From Nanobdellota archaeon (GTDB taxonomy: Archaea > Aenigmatarchaeota > Aenigmatarchaeia > QMZP01), in contig JBDRJQ010000028.1 of the NCBI GenBank assembly GCA_043814765.1, positions 29,835 to 93,834 of the forward strand: a stretch of DNA of 64,000 bases. Direction: 5' to 3'. The notes under the pieces were generated by a model that searched no databases, was not told the DNA's origin, and saw only the letters and a list, made by a program, of their open reading frames with translations. Positions 8,967-18,929 of this stretch are shown here, one piece after another (within the stretch, counting starts at the first letter, position 1; each line of letters starts with the position of its first letter). Both the position numbers and the translations under genes were made by a program.

Positions 8967-9139
8967 AAACCCTTTTCATGCTCTGGAAGCGCGTGCGCTC
9001 CTTTTGGATTAAACCTTTTCTGAAAAAGGTTTATATTGAACCCCCAACCTTCTGATCTCATGAAGTCATAGCCTAAAAAGGCTCTTCAGATCAGTTGACT
9101 TTTACAAGTCAGATGCTCTACCGATTGAGCTACCGAGGC
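8946..9139 (-). tRNA. tRNA-Thr(TGT) interrupted by two introns: canonical 37/38 intron (46 nt) and a T-loop intron (~75 nt)
   Basis: Read on the minus strand. Acceptor GCCTCGG pairs with CCGAGGC; T8 A9; D-arm GCTC-AATCGGTA-GAGC (G18 G19); anticodon stem TCTGA pairs with TCAGA; loop CTTGTAA (T33, anticodon TGT, A37). Variable loop AGGTT; T-stem GGGGG pairs with CCCTC; T-loop TTCAA|AT reconstituted across the insert; discriminator T. Both inserts contain internal hairpins. Confidence 0.5.
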
Positions 9140-9190
9140 ATACACATTTGTTGTTAATTGGTATTTTAATTCTTTTCTATAATAATAAAC

Positions 9191-9574
9191 ATGGTTATTA
9201 GTGAAATAGTGGGTATGTTCACTCAAATTGCACAGCTGAATATAGTACTGCTTTTAGCACTTCTTTTTATATTTGTTTTTGTAGCCTACAAGCTCCTGAA
9301 AGTTTTAATGAAAGCAATGATTTTCGGTGTTTTAGGCGCTGTATTTCCGTTCTTTGCGACTTATGTTGGAATCAGCATTCCGTTAACAATCACAAACATT
9401 ATATGGTTTGCATTGCTAGGAGTAATGGCATACATAATGTACGCTATTCTTATGGGCGGTGTAAAAACATTAAAGCTTGTTACCAGCCCTTTCAGGGGAA
9501 TGTTCAAAACTAAGCATAAAGAGAAAATAATAATACGCGAGCAGGTTCCGGTTGAAAGGAAAAAGAGACGTTAA
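9191..9574 (+). CDS. membrane protein (4 TM helices), Lys/Arg-rich C-terminus
   Basis: Hydrophobicity pattern only. Confidence 0.4.
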   Translation: MVISEIVGMFTQIAQLNIVLLLALLFIFVFVAYKLLKVLMKAMIFGVLGAVFPFFATYVGISIPLTITNIIWFALLGVMAYIMYAILMGGVKTLKLVTSPFRGMFKTKHKEKIIIREQVPVERKKRR

Positions 9575-9575
9575 T

Positions 9576-10232
9576 TTAAACTATAGGACCAAGACCAGAA
9601 CCGCTGTTTGCTCCGGATTGGTTTGCTGGATACGGCTCAATAAGTTCTTCTTTCTTGAAATCTGTTCCTCTTTGCAGTTTTATCAGTGCATAGAGATTGA
9701 ATTTGTTTAAAATCATGTTAGTCATGTTAGTGTCTGTTCCATCAAATATCAGAGTCATGTTGAATGTGAGTGGTGTTGTGCCGTTTGCTATTTCAAATTC
9801 TGCTGACTTGGTTTCATTAAATGTAACATTAATATCTTGTGAAGTCTCGTTTGCTGTTACATTAACAGTGACATTATAGTCCAAAAAGTTGCCTATGCTA
9901 ACATTCAAAGTGTATGTGGCCAGATTTTGATCAAAATCAACATTATCCGTAACAACCCATAGAGTTGAAAAATTTAGAAAATACAGCGATTCATCCAAAT
10001 AACGGGTGAAATTGCTTAGCACCTCAATAGGCCTGCTCTCATTTATTCCAAGATTAAGCGCATATGAGAGTTCGGTTTCTATGTTTTCATGTATATAGCC
10101 CAGATCCCCTGTCTCAGGATAAATAAAAGGCTTCCCAAACTGCAGTCCGATATAAAACATAGTTATGATTATAAACGCTCCCAAAAGGAAGAACTGCCCT
10201 TTCATTTTTTTATTTCGCATCATTTTTACCAA
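9576..10232 (-). CDS. archaeal type IV pilin-like protein (class III signal peptide), N-glycosylation sequon-rich
   Basis: N-terminus MVKMMRNKKMKG|QFFLLGAFIIITMFYIGL fits a prepilin-peptidase site. The remainder is Asn/Thr-rich with many N-x-T/S sequons. Confidence 0.5.
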   Translation of the reverse strand: MVKMMRNKKMKGQFFLLGAFIIITMFYIGLQFGKPFIYPETGDLGYIHENIETELSYALNLGINESRPIEVLSNFTRYLDESLYFLNFSTLWVVTDNVDFDQNLATYTLNVSIGNFLDYNVTVNVTANETSQDINVTFNETKSAEFEIANGTTPLTFNMTLIFDGTDTNMTNMILNKFNLYALIKLQRGTDFKKEELIEPYPANQSGANSGSGLGPIV

Positions 10233-10594
10233 ATAAACAATCTAACTGTATGCGGAGAATATGCTTTATAGCCGCTTATAACATAAGTGCCTACCCACAC
10301 ATTGCTTGCGTTTGGTGTTGAACCAACACAGGTGTTTTCATAGTCGCATATCTGAATGCTGTGATTATATCTGTAAAGGATAACATTGTTGTTAATAGCA
10401 TTGTAATTGCTGTTGACAGCGTTCTCTCTTAGAAGCTCACGATTGTCCAAACTTCTCAAAAGATTGTAAGCTGTTTCATCTAAATCTTCTGGAGCAGTTG
10501 AAAGATCCTGCTGCTGAAAACTTATTACTAAAAGAAACGTGATAATAGTAATTGCTGCTATAAAAACTTCAAGTGTGTAAAGATAACCCCGCAT
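10226..10594 (-). CDS. type IV pilin-like protein (class III signal peptide)
   Basis: N-terminus MRG|YLYTLEVFIAAITIITFLLV. Adjacent to and overlapping the other pilin-like gene. Confidence 0.45.
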   Translation of the reverse strand: MRGYLYTLEVFIAAITIITFLLVISFQQQDLSTAPEDLDETAYNLLRSLDNRELLRENAVNSNYNAINNNVILYRYNHSIQICDYENTCVGSTPNASNVWVGTYVISGYKAYSPHTVRLFIW

Positions 10595-10658
10595 AAATTA
10601 TATTTGGTTGGACCGGAATAAAAATCGAAAGTTATCCATCACTTAAGTGAGGATGTTT

Positions 10659-11675
10659 TTAAACTTTAAATCTGGTAAGTGCTGCAATACCGCCAATGTT
10701 CAATAACTTCTCTCCGCTTTCATGTCCTGACGATATTATCATTATTGTCCCCTTTTGCTGTTCTGCTCTTACCATGAAGTCTTCATACAGTTCCAGTTTT
10801 TCCTGAGAAACAAGCAGCATATCTACAGCTCCTATTACAATTGCTTTTTCAACCTCATTTCTTCCGTAGACTGCGTTGCCATCTGTAGCCATTCTCGTGA
10901 ACAGGTCCTCAACTATCTCTGTTTCTGTTGCTATTCGCGTTTCACGGATTACATTGTTAGCAGAGCGCTGGATAACCTCCTGAACACCCCTCATGCCAGT
11001 TGTTGAACTGCTGTCTAAATGAATCTTCTTTGCAATTTTAGGATTTTTCTCCTTTATGAAATTGAAAAGGTTTTCCCTCTCAAAACCAGGTCCTGCAACA
11101 ATCACATACTCGTATCCTGATTCTATGTACTTTTCCAGAGCATTCATAGTTTCCTTGTAGTAATCTTTGCGTTTTTCATCAGCAAGCCCTTTTTGGGCAT
11201 GAACTGTTCCAAACCACTCTATGCCAGACGACTTCAGAACAGCAAAATTTGCTTCTTCTCTGTCCAGCACGCATATGAGAATAGGTTCTTGCTCCTTCCG
11301 CGCTCTGTTTATTCTGTCAACATGATGCGGTTTGAATCTGGTTTTTTCTAGATTAACTACCATGTCAGGCTCAAGTGTTATCGTGTGATAGGAATGAAGC
11401 TGTATGTCTTCAGGGCCTTTCTCAATCTGCCCTGAAACCCTGAGCAAATGAACACTTGCATCCCTTTCCATTTTTTCAACTTTTATGGTTAAAATAATTT
11501 TTCTTCTTTCTCCCTGGATTATCTCTGATCCTCTTTTAATCACTGTTTTTCTAGTAGTCTGAGCAGTGAGCAAATCTCCAGGCTCTATTATTTGCTGCAT
11601 ATGCCAGAGATCATCTACGGTTTCAATACCAAGCTTAGCAAAATTCGTTTTCAGGTCAAGAGTGAATATTCGCAT
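10659..11675 (-). CDS. pelA: Pelota (Dom34) ribosome-rescue factor
   Basis: 338 aa, eRF1-like three-domain layout without a GGQ motif. VAGPGFERENLF and C-terminal L30e-like domain. Confidence 0.7.
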   Translation of the reverse strand: MRIFTLDLKTNFAKLGIETVDDLWHMQQIIEPGDLLTAQTTRKTVIKRGSEIIQGERRKIILTIKVEKMERDASVHLLRVSGQIEKGPEDIQLHSYHTITLEPDMVVNLEKTRFKPHHVDRINRARKEQEPILICVLDREEANFAVLKSSGIEWFGTVHAQKGLADEKRKDYYKETMNALEKYIESGYEYVIVAGPGFERENLFNFIKEKNPKIAKKIHLDSSSTTGMRGVQEVIQRSANNVIRETRIATETEIVEDLFTRMATDGNAVYGRNEVEKAIVIGAVDMLLVSQEKLELYEDFMVRAEQQKGTIMIISSGHESGEKLLNIGGIAALTRFKV

Positions 11676-11779
11676 AATGATATATTAGATATTTAAAATC
11701 TTAAAAGAAAAGATTGTTATGGAAAGGTCTTTTGTTTTGAGATTCAGACCTTTTGCATAAATTATGGAGAAAGAGCTAA

Positions 11780-12922
11780 ATGGACGATTTTATGTGGGTT
11801 TTAGCAGCCGCATTCCTTATTCTTATAGCAATGTTCTTTGTTTCCTTCATTCCTGGCATTGGTTTGACAGGAGGGGAAGATCTAATAGAAGTGGATACTT
11901 TTAGAGTAGGTGCTGTTGGCCGTGTCTCACAATTTCCTACAAGCACTATAGATCTGGGCTCCTTTACAGTTGGTGAAACCCAGACAGAGCTGCTGAAAGC
12001 TGTTCCTATGATGACTGTTTATTCAGGTTTGGGCGGAGCAGAATCAAAGAAATATGAGATAAACATACCTGAAGGTTTTGGTGATTTAGCAAAAAGGGAA
12101 GCAGTTGCAATAAACTTTGATGTTTCTGAGAGCAATCTTTATGGAGACCTTGTTGTTAAGTGGAATGGAAAGGAATTCATGAGAAAGAGAGCTTCACCAA
12201 GACAGTACACTATAGTTATTCCAAAGGAATTTGTAAAGGCCTCGAACAACATAGAAATCTATCCAGAGGGGCCTGGCTTGATTTTTTGGGCATCAACAAC
12301 ATACACAATAAAGAACTTTGATATTGCATTGAATTATGGACCTTCGAAAATATTCTCATTCCAACTGAATCAGGATGAGATAGAGTCTTGGTTAAAGGGA
12401 AGGGTTGATTTCTTTGCAACCAGCCAGAGCGGTGAAGCAGCAAGCAAACTGATAATAAAGGTTAACGGAGATGAAATATACTCTGTTAAACCAGATGGCA
12501 GCGGTCTTGTAGAGTTTGGATACTCTGATGCTCCTATATTACTAGGCGACAACCTGTTAACATTCGCTGCACAGGATGATACCATAATAATGAACGGTGT
12601 AAAGCTAAAGATGTTCCTAACAACATCAGAGCTTATAAAAACTTTTAACTTCAAAATGGATGATGCTCAAATAAATTTAATCAGTTCTGGAGTATACAAA
12701 CCAAAAGTCAGGTTCTATATAGAACAGATAGCATCAGGCGGAACGCTTGACATAAAAGTTAACGGCAATGCAAGACAGATAAGCGCAATGGTAACAGGGC
12801 CAAACAATTTCTATATCCCAGAATCCTATCTGAGCAATGGAGCCAACATAATAGAGTTCAGTGGCACAGGCAGCTGGTACATAGGCTCAGCAACAATAGA
12901 ACTGGAAAAAGTTGAAGTGTGA
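11780..12922 (+). CDS. N-terminally membrane-anchored extracellular beta-rich protein
   Basis: Single N-terminal TM (VLAAAFLILIAMFFVSFIPGIG) followed by a Gly/Ser/Thr-rich beta-like domain. Confidence 0.4.
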   Translation: MDDFMWVLAAAFLILIAMFFVSFIPGIGLTGGEDLIEVDTFRVGAVGRVSQFPTSTIDLGSFTVGETQTELLKAVPMMTVYSGLGGAESKKYEINIPEGFGDLAKREAVAINFDVSESNLYGDLVVKWNGKEFMRKRASPRQYTIVIPKEFVKASNNIEIYPEGPGLIFWASTTYTIKNFDIALNYGPSKIFSFQLNQDEIESWLKGRVDFFATSQSGEAASKLIIKVNGDEIYSVKPDGSGLVEFGYSDAPILLGDNLLTFAAQDDTIIMNGVKLKMFLTTSELIKTFNFKMDDAQINLISSGVYKPKVRFYIEQIASGGTLDIKVNGNARQISAMVTGPNNFYIPESYLSNGANIIEFSGTGSWYIGSATIELEKVEV

Positions 12923-12969
12923 TTTGCAACAATTTATACGCTGAGAACTAATTATTAATTAAGAATTTT

Positions 12970-15081
12970 ATGGTACCAAAAGAATACAAGGTCTCTGGCA
13001 GAGGTAGGAAACTATCAGAATTTGGAAAAATTGGAAGCAATGAAAGAAAAGATTTAATGAGAATTCTTAAATCTGACATTAATGCATATATTATTTTTAG
13101 GGAAGAATTTTATGGCGGTATACCACAAAGAGACTGGATGAGATTATCAAAGACAGAAAGAATAAAAAAATTAAGAGAAATGAAAAAATACATTAATGAT
13201 TTTGATGCACATTTAGAAAAAGGAGAAGAATTGGCTCACAATATTAATAAAGCTCTTGCAGCAGCAGGCTACACTATAACAGATGCTCTGCAAGGAGTTG
13301 AGTATTTTATTACACAGTTCAGTGTAAGAAAAGAGGGTGAATTGGGAGGAAAATTAAAAGAGAGTAAAGTCAAAAAGTTTAAATCAGAATCCAGACCAAC
13401 TGAAAAATATGATTTATGGGTTTATGTTGACCATCCAAATTTTGGTGAAGTTTCTGTTGAAGCCCCTGATCCAAAACCATCCACAAAAACAAAACAAATC
13501 TATAAGGATATACCAAACAGAACAGGAATAAGATTAGAAGCCACTCCGATGAAAGGGTATGAATTTGATAGGTGGTTTTCAGATTATATTAAAATATCAG
13601 ACTCAACCAATTCTTTACTAAAATTCACTATAAATTCTCATGCAAAAATTAGTGCAATTTTTAAAAAGGGAGAGAATCCTTCATCACCACCTACGCCTCC
13701 TTCTTCAAAAAAAGGCAAGATAAAAATCACGGTCTCTGGTAAGACGACAATAAGGCCTCTAAAATCAGTAAGGCTAAGGGTTAATGTGATGTCTATTGAT
13801 TATCCTTACGATGAAGAAATATGGGTCGTAATAAAAGCCATTAGCCCGCATCTTCGTGCATATATTGTTGGTCCTGACGGCAGAACTCTAGGGGATTATA
13901 TATCAGGCAAACCACCGCTTCATTTGGATTTACTTGTTGTTGCAGGAGAAGACCTACCTAAAGGTGAACATGAAGTAGTTATTGAAGCAACCGACAAGTA
14001 TGCTAAATTGCATTTAGCAGAATCCAGAACTATGCTAGATTTTGAGGGTGGCGGAAGCACTGTTTCAGGTCCTGGTCCAGGTCCAGGCATGGTTGGTCCA
14101 GACGAAAATAAAGAATACTACTTAACAGTTGTTTTCAAAAATACCAGTTCTAAAGATAGGAGTGGCGATAAAAATAGTCGAAGGGTGCTTTACAGTGCTG
14201 AAGGACATAGCACAAAAATTGGTGGCTGGCCACCAATTAAGAGACTGGGACCATATCCGGAAGGTACAATAGTGGGGCTCACTGCCAGACCAGAAGATGA
14301 GTTTGATCATTGGAGCGGAGCTGATGCGCACACTGACGCTCATGCGTCTATTGAATTGAACAAGAACAGAAAAATTACTGCAATTTTTAATGGAAAGGAT
14401 AAAGACGACAATGATAATAAAGCAAAAAAAATAACAGACAAGGTTATTGACAACACATGGATAGAGGGGTGGCGCGGATCAGGTAACCCGATAACCAGAA
14501 TTGTGGGCTTGATAATTTTCTTTGTTGTAGGCGCCACACTATCTGCTATAATGAGCAGTGCATGGTTCTTTGCCGCATTTTCACTCTGGGCGTTTTATCT
14601 GATGATACCAAGCGGTGTAGACGAACTGGATCATGAAATAAATAAAATAGACAGACGTTATGAAAAACGCAGACTGGATTATAAAAAGAAGATAGTATTT
14701 TTAAGAAGAAGGAGAGGCAGACTTGAAGAAAGACTTTCTAGAGCACAAGTTGGACATCAAGCATATCTTTTATCACGAATAAGAGATATTAATCAAGACA
14801 TAGACAATCTGCAGAGAGACATACATAATTTAACACTAAAGAGAAACGCATCTACGCAACAAACCGTTTTAAGCAGAGGCAGAACAGAAGGATCATATGG
14901 AGCACGCAGTGCTGGAATAAGAAGCAGACTTTGGATATCCAGCATTTTGAAGATGGGTGCATTTATATCCACTGTTATGGGATTTTTATCAAGCACTATT
15001 CCATTAGCCCAACCTATAGGTTTGATAATAGGATTTTTCTTGTATATGAGTTTAGGAGGAACCAGGGACATGCCTGAGTAG
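12970..15081 (+). CDS. large protein with two Listeria-Bacteroides (Flg_new/InlB B-repeat-like) repeats, C-terminal TM segments and coiled coil
   Basis: GYEFDRWFSDYIKISDSTNSLLKFTINSHAKISAIF and EDEFDHWSGADAHTDAHASIELNKNRKITAIF fit the G-Y-x-F-x-x-W...A-x-F/W repeat signature. Two TM helices plus heptad-like IDRRYEKRRLDYKKK...NLQRDIHNL. Confidence 0.4.
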   Translation: MVPKEYKVSGRGRKLSEFGKIGSNERKDLMRILKSDINAYIIFREEFYGGIPQRDWMRLSKTERIKKLREMKKYINDFDAHLEKGEELAHNINKALAAAGYTITDALQGVEYFITQFSVRKEGELGGKLKESKVKKFKSESRPTEKYDLWVYVDHPNFGEVSVEAPDPKPSTKTKQIYKDIPNRTGIRLEATPMKGYEFDRWFSDYIKISDSTNSLLKFTINSHAKISAIFKKGENPSSPPTPPSSKKGKIKITVSGKTTIRPLKSVRLRVNVMSIDYPYDEEIWVVIKAISPHLRAYIVGPDGRTLGDYISGKPPLHLDLLVVAGEDLPKGEHEVVIEATDKYAKLHLAESRTMLDFEGGGSTVSGPGPGPGMVGPDENKEYYLTVVFKNTSSKDRSGDKNSRRVLYSAEGHSTKIGGWPPIKRLGPYPEGTIVGLTARPEDEFDHWSGADAHTDAHASIELNKNRKITAIFNGKDKDDNDNKAKKITDKVIDNTWIEGWRGSGNPITRIVGLIIFFVVGATLSAIMSSAWFFAAFSLWAFYLMIPSGVDELDHEINKIDRRYEKRRLDYKKKIVFLRRRRGRLEERLSRAQVGHQAYLLSRIRDINQDIDNLQRDIHNLTLKRNASTQQTVLSRGRTEGSYGARSAGIRSRLWISSILKMGAFISTVMGFLSSTIPLAQPIGLIIGFFLYMSLGGTRDMPE

Positions 15082-15084
15082 AAT

Positions 15085-17295
15085 ATGGCCAGATATAGTT
15101 CACAAGAGCTTTGGAAACAGTGGCAAAAAGCAGTTGGTGGAGCATTATTAGCCCTTGCAGTGATGATTGTTTTCAATCACTTTTTGATGGCGTTAATAGT
15201 GTTTACCTTCCTGTTCTTTATACCTGACCAGGATGAGGGCGCAGAGTTCATGAAGAACACTGTTATTTTTGTAATTTTAATGGTAATTATATGGTTCTTT
15301 GCGTTCTTTGTGGGCGCACAATACGGAGGATTCCAGCTGGATATAGCAGAAGCAGGCGAGTCTGCTAATCCTTTGCTTCCGTGGACATGGACTGACACGT
15401 CTGCAATAATGTTCTTTGTATTCTGGTTATTTGCAGGCATTGTGGGAGCATTCGGTGATCCGGAATCCAGACAGATAGTAGGCATATTCTTCATAATGAT
15501 GAGTTTCTTTGTGTTTGCCAGCAGTGTGGGCGCAGAGAATGTCGGTTCAGCGTTCTTTGGTCAGTGGTGGCCACAGGTTCATGGTGTAATAATGGATGTA
15601 TCCGGACCTCTGGAAGAATCGTTCAGCACATTATTTGGTACAATGCAGCAGATGTTTAAGCTAGTTTCAGATCCTGCCGGGTTCGCGCGTGATATGATAG
15701 AAGGTAACTATGCCGGCAATGATTATGGTCAGACCGGTTCTTACGGTGTTGAAATAAGCTTTGGAGCTCTCGATAAGCTTTTCCTTGGCCAGCCAGCATT
15801 CCTGGATATAACATTAAAAAATGAAGGCTCCTTCATAGCTGAAAACGTTGGCATAGGAATATCAATACCCAAAGAATATACGAATCAAATAACAAGCTCT
15901 CCATCTCTTGGTGAAATTGATAGAGACTACTTCAATCTTGTAGACTATTATGGATTCACTGAAAGTAATAATCCAGGAACAGAAAAATTAGAAATTGCAG
16001 AAGGTTCAGGTGTTTTTGATTGGAATGGCTTGTGGTGGTACAACCCAGGAGAAGTGATACTTTACAGGAATATTGGAGAAATGAAACACCAGGATGTTGT
16101 CAACCAGCCATTTAACGGAGAAATCAACTGTAATCCTATAGATAAATTCAACCTCAGAGAGAAATCGACGCCAATAAAGGCAACAGTTGCATATGATTAC
16201 AAGGTTTTCTCAAACCTTAACATTGAATTTATTAGCGTGGATGAGTGGGACAGAAGAGTGAGAGACAATGTTCTTGTACAGACCAAGATACCTTCAACTA
16301 TTACAAGTGCTCCTATAAAACTTTCAATAAACACAAACAGCCAGCCTGTAAGACCTGATCAGATTTTCTATGTGGGTCTTGAGCTAAAGACAGAAGAGAC
16401 CAACTCTGTCATTGATGATGCTGTAATAAAAATGACTTTCCCAGATGAATTCGGAGCCTCTACTGCCAGGTGCACTGGTGTAGGCGATTACGAGTTTAAC
16501 AGCAATGAACTTATTTGGATGCCAACAAACATAGGAGCTGCACAATCTAAACCAATAGGAAAAGAGCCTGTAACGATAATCTGTACATTTTACGATGCTG
16601 ATGAGAACGCAATACTAGGAACTTCACCAACAAACACATATAACCTAAAGGCAGAAGGAACATACAGATTCTATAAATGGATAACAAGAGTGCCAAAACT
16701 TACAATGGGGGACTTCTGCTGCAAAAATGAGGACTGCTCTTCTGACGGTACAGAAATTTGCAGTAATAGTGCTAGTTATCCTCAACCAGGCTTCTGCGTG
16801 CCAGGAGATCCAAATAGTGCTAATGTTGATAATCCAATACCAGGAGCATGCGGTAACGGCATTATAAATTCTGGTGAAGACTGCGAAAGCGGACAAAACT
16901 TTCAAAATGTTTGTCCGAATGCAGGAGGATGGTTTGATAAAAGCGACCCAACAGGTGCTACAGGACATCCGATAGATACAGATATCATAAAGTTTAAATG
17001 CAATCTTAACGGACCTATAGGCGATATTAAAGCATGTGGATGTTATCACGAACCTTCTGATATTCCTGTTGCAACTGACACTAATGTATGCGGAAATGGG
17101 ATTGTTGATGCAGGAGAAGAATGTGACGGCGGTCCATTAGCTGATTTTACTTCTAATGATAATTGGGTATGGAATGGTTGGGATACAGTAAAAGCAGATA
17201 ATGGTTGTGGTATTCTACAATACTGTAAAATACCAATTGCAGGTGATTACAGTATTGGTAATGATAATTCTGGTTGTAAATGTATTGATTTTTAA
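15085..17295 (+). CDS. polytopic membrane protein with large extracellular domain ending in Cys-rich CGNG...E-x-CD-GG repeats (Myxococcus cysteine-rich-repeat-like)
   Basis: N-terminal ~6 TM helices, then a beta-rich domain. C-terminus has CGNGIINSGEDCESG and CGNGIVDAGEECDGG. Confidence 0.45.
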   Translation: MARYSSQELWKQWQKAVGGALLALAVMIVFNHFLMALIVFTFLFFIPDQDEGAEFMKNTVIFVILMVIIWFFAFFVGAQYGGFQLDIAEAGESANPLLPWTWTDTSAIMFFVFWLFAGIVGAFGDPESRQIVGIFFIMMSFFVFASSVGAENVGSAFFGQWWPQVHGVIMDVSGPLEESFSTLFGTMQQMFKLVSDPAGFARDMIEGNYAGNDYGQTGSYGVEISFGALDKLFLGQPAFLDITLKNEGSFIAENVGIGISIPKEYTNQITSSPSLGEIDRDYFNLVDYYGFTESNNPGTEKLEIAEGSGVFDWNGLWWYNPGEVILYRNIGEMKHQDVVNQPFNGEINCNPIDKFNLREKSTPIKATVAYDYKVFSNLNIEFISVDEWDRRVRDNVLVQTKIPSTITSAPIKLSINTNSQPVRPDQIFYVGLELKTEETNSVIDDAVIKMTFPDEFGASTARCTGVGDYEFNSNELIWMPTNIGAAQSKPIGKEPVTIICTFYDADENAILGTSPTNTYNLKAEGTYRFYKWITRVPKLTMGDFCCKNEDCSSDGTEICSNSASYPQPGFCVPGDPNSANVDNPIPGACGNGIINSGEDCESGQNFQNVCPNAGGWFDKSDPTGATGHPIDTDIIKFKCNLNGPIGDIKACGCYHEPSDIPVATDTNVCGNGIVDAGEECDGGPLADFTSNDNWVWNGWDTVKADNGCGILQYCKIPIAGDYSIGNDNSGCKCIDF

Positions 17296-18167
17296 ACCAT
17301 TACTAGAAGTCTCAAAGCATCTCTCATTCCAGGCGCTAAGCCAAGTATTAGCACCACTATCTTTAGGAAGTTCTTGAAGTCTCCGTCTTCTGCATAGCGG
17401 TCAATTATGTAAAGAACTGGTATAACCACAACCAGTTTCAATAAGAACATAGAAGCTGGTCCCATAAAGTTTATAAGCAGTCTTGGTACGACATGCTGTT
17501 CTAAATAGCCAAACATTGACAGGGCAACAAATGTTGCGCTTGCATCAAGCATATGGGCAGACATTATTCCGGCATTCTGCTTGTTCCAAAACTTCTTGAT
17601 TTTATCTGGTTTTAGCTTGCTGAAATTCCTTTCAAAAAAGCCTGTTCTATAGAATCTATACTTGCCAAAAAACAGCAAAGTCCATAAAAGAGTCAAACTT
17701 ATGACTATAGGAAAGCCTTCAAGGGCCATAATAGGCAAAAGATACACATTAAGCGCGCAGAGGACGACGCCTGCACCAAACATGGCTTTCCAGTAGGGTA
17801 ACTTTGCATGAGAGAGCTTCTGCACGAGCAGAGAGAGCAACAAAACCAACAGAGCCAGCGCAAAGGTTATTATATAGCTTCCTGGAGTCACGAAGAAAGG
17901 TGCTCCGTATATAGCGTTTAATTCTGGCGTCATCAGAGCTCCTGCAGTGGCAGCATCCTTTAGAACCCGGGTGCTGGAACCCCAGAATATGAAAGGCAAT
18001 ATCGCAATGAAGAAGTGCTTGTCTATGTGTATGTTCATTTTCTTGAGCATCTTATAGACTAGGAAAACAGCTACAATCAGTATTAATGAATATGTTATTG
18101 TGTTGATTGGATTGTACCAACCATTTTGCAGCATTGGCTCGACAAACCAATCATAAAAACCAGCCAT
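17292..18167 (-). CDS. DUF63-family archaeal integral membrane protein
   Basis: 7-8 TM helices. SAHMLDASATF motif resembles the conserved H-x-x-DA-x-x-T of COG1967/DUF63. Confidence 0.45.
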   Translation of the reverse strand: MAGFYDWFVEPMLQNGWYNPINTITYSLILIVAVFLVYKMLKKMNIHIDKHFFIAILPFIFWGSSTRVLKDAATAGALMTPELNAIYGAPFFVTPGSYIITFALALLVLLLSLLVQKLSHAKLPYWKAMFGAGVVLCALNVYLLPIMALEGFPIVISLTLLWTLLFFGKYRFYRTGFFERNFSKLKPDKIKKFWNKQNAGIMSAHMLDASATFVALSMFGYLEQHVVPRLLINFMGPASMFLLKLVVVIPVLYIIDRYAEDGDFKNFLKIVVLILGLAPGMRDALRLLVMV

Positions 18168-18278
18168 AGCAACCTTTTCCTTAAAACCTACCTAAAAGTC
18201 TGCACTCAAAAACGCAAACTTTCTATAAAATAACATAGAATAAAGCTATTAATAAATAAACTATGTGAAAAGTATATC

Positions 18279-18818
18279 ATGTCCTTAGATATCATAAACG
18301 AAAAAGAGCTTCAAAGATCTCTTTTCGAGTACGGCCCCAAGAGATATTACTTGCGAGACGAAATTCCTATGCCAAAAATTAGCGATTCTGCTAAAGGTAA
18401 TGAAAGCATAGTCTACAAAGCTTGGAGCAACATACTTGATTTTTGCCAAAGAAACATAGGCTACATACCAGATGGCATAGAAGATGTTGAAATAACATTC
18501 GAACCGCTAAAAAAATACTACACAGAAATGGTTTGGGAACCGCTGATTAGAGGGTATGACAAATGGATTCGCGTACCTGCCATGAGAGTTTTAGGTTTAT
18601 TCAATATTGAGAATGAAGATGTTCACGTGGACCCAAACGCTCCAAACCCAGAAGCAACACTGTTTCACGAGTTCTACCACTGGCTACAGAAGAAAACAGG
18701 AGAAATGGGTTATTTGATGGATAAACTAGGAGATTATGCAAGAGTTCCTATAGAGATGAAAACTGAACTGGCTACGCAGATCTATTATCCCAATCGAAAG
18801 GGATTTTACTTGGATTAA
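18279..18818 (+). CDS. hypothetical protein with HExxH motif (possible small zinc metallopeptidase, SprT/WLM-like)
   Basis: LFHEFYHWLQ is an HExxH motif in a 179-aa soluble protein. No other support. Confidence 0.3.
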   Translation: MSLDIINEKELQRSLFEYGPKRYYLRDEIPMPKISDSAKGNESIVYKAWSNILDFCQRNIGYIPDGIEDVEITFEPLKKYYTEMVWEPLIRGYDKWIRVPAMRVLGLFNIENEDVHVDPNAPNPEATLFHEFYHWLQKKTGEMGYLMDKLGDYARVPIEMKTELATQIYYPNRKGFYLD

Positions 18819-18929
18819 CCATATGCCTAATGCTAAACACTATTTTCAACAACAAGCGCGCCTCTAAAAGCTTTTAGGTAAGCTACACCTATATATTGTA
18901 TATAGATTTGACCCCATAAAAGGTGTTAT

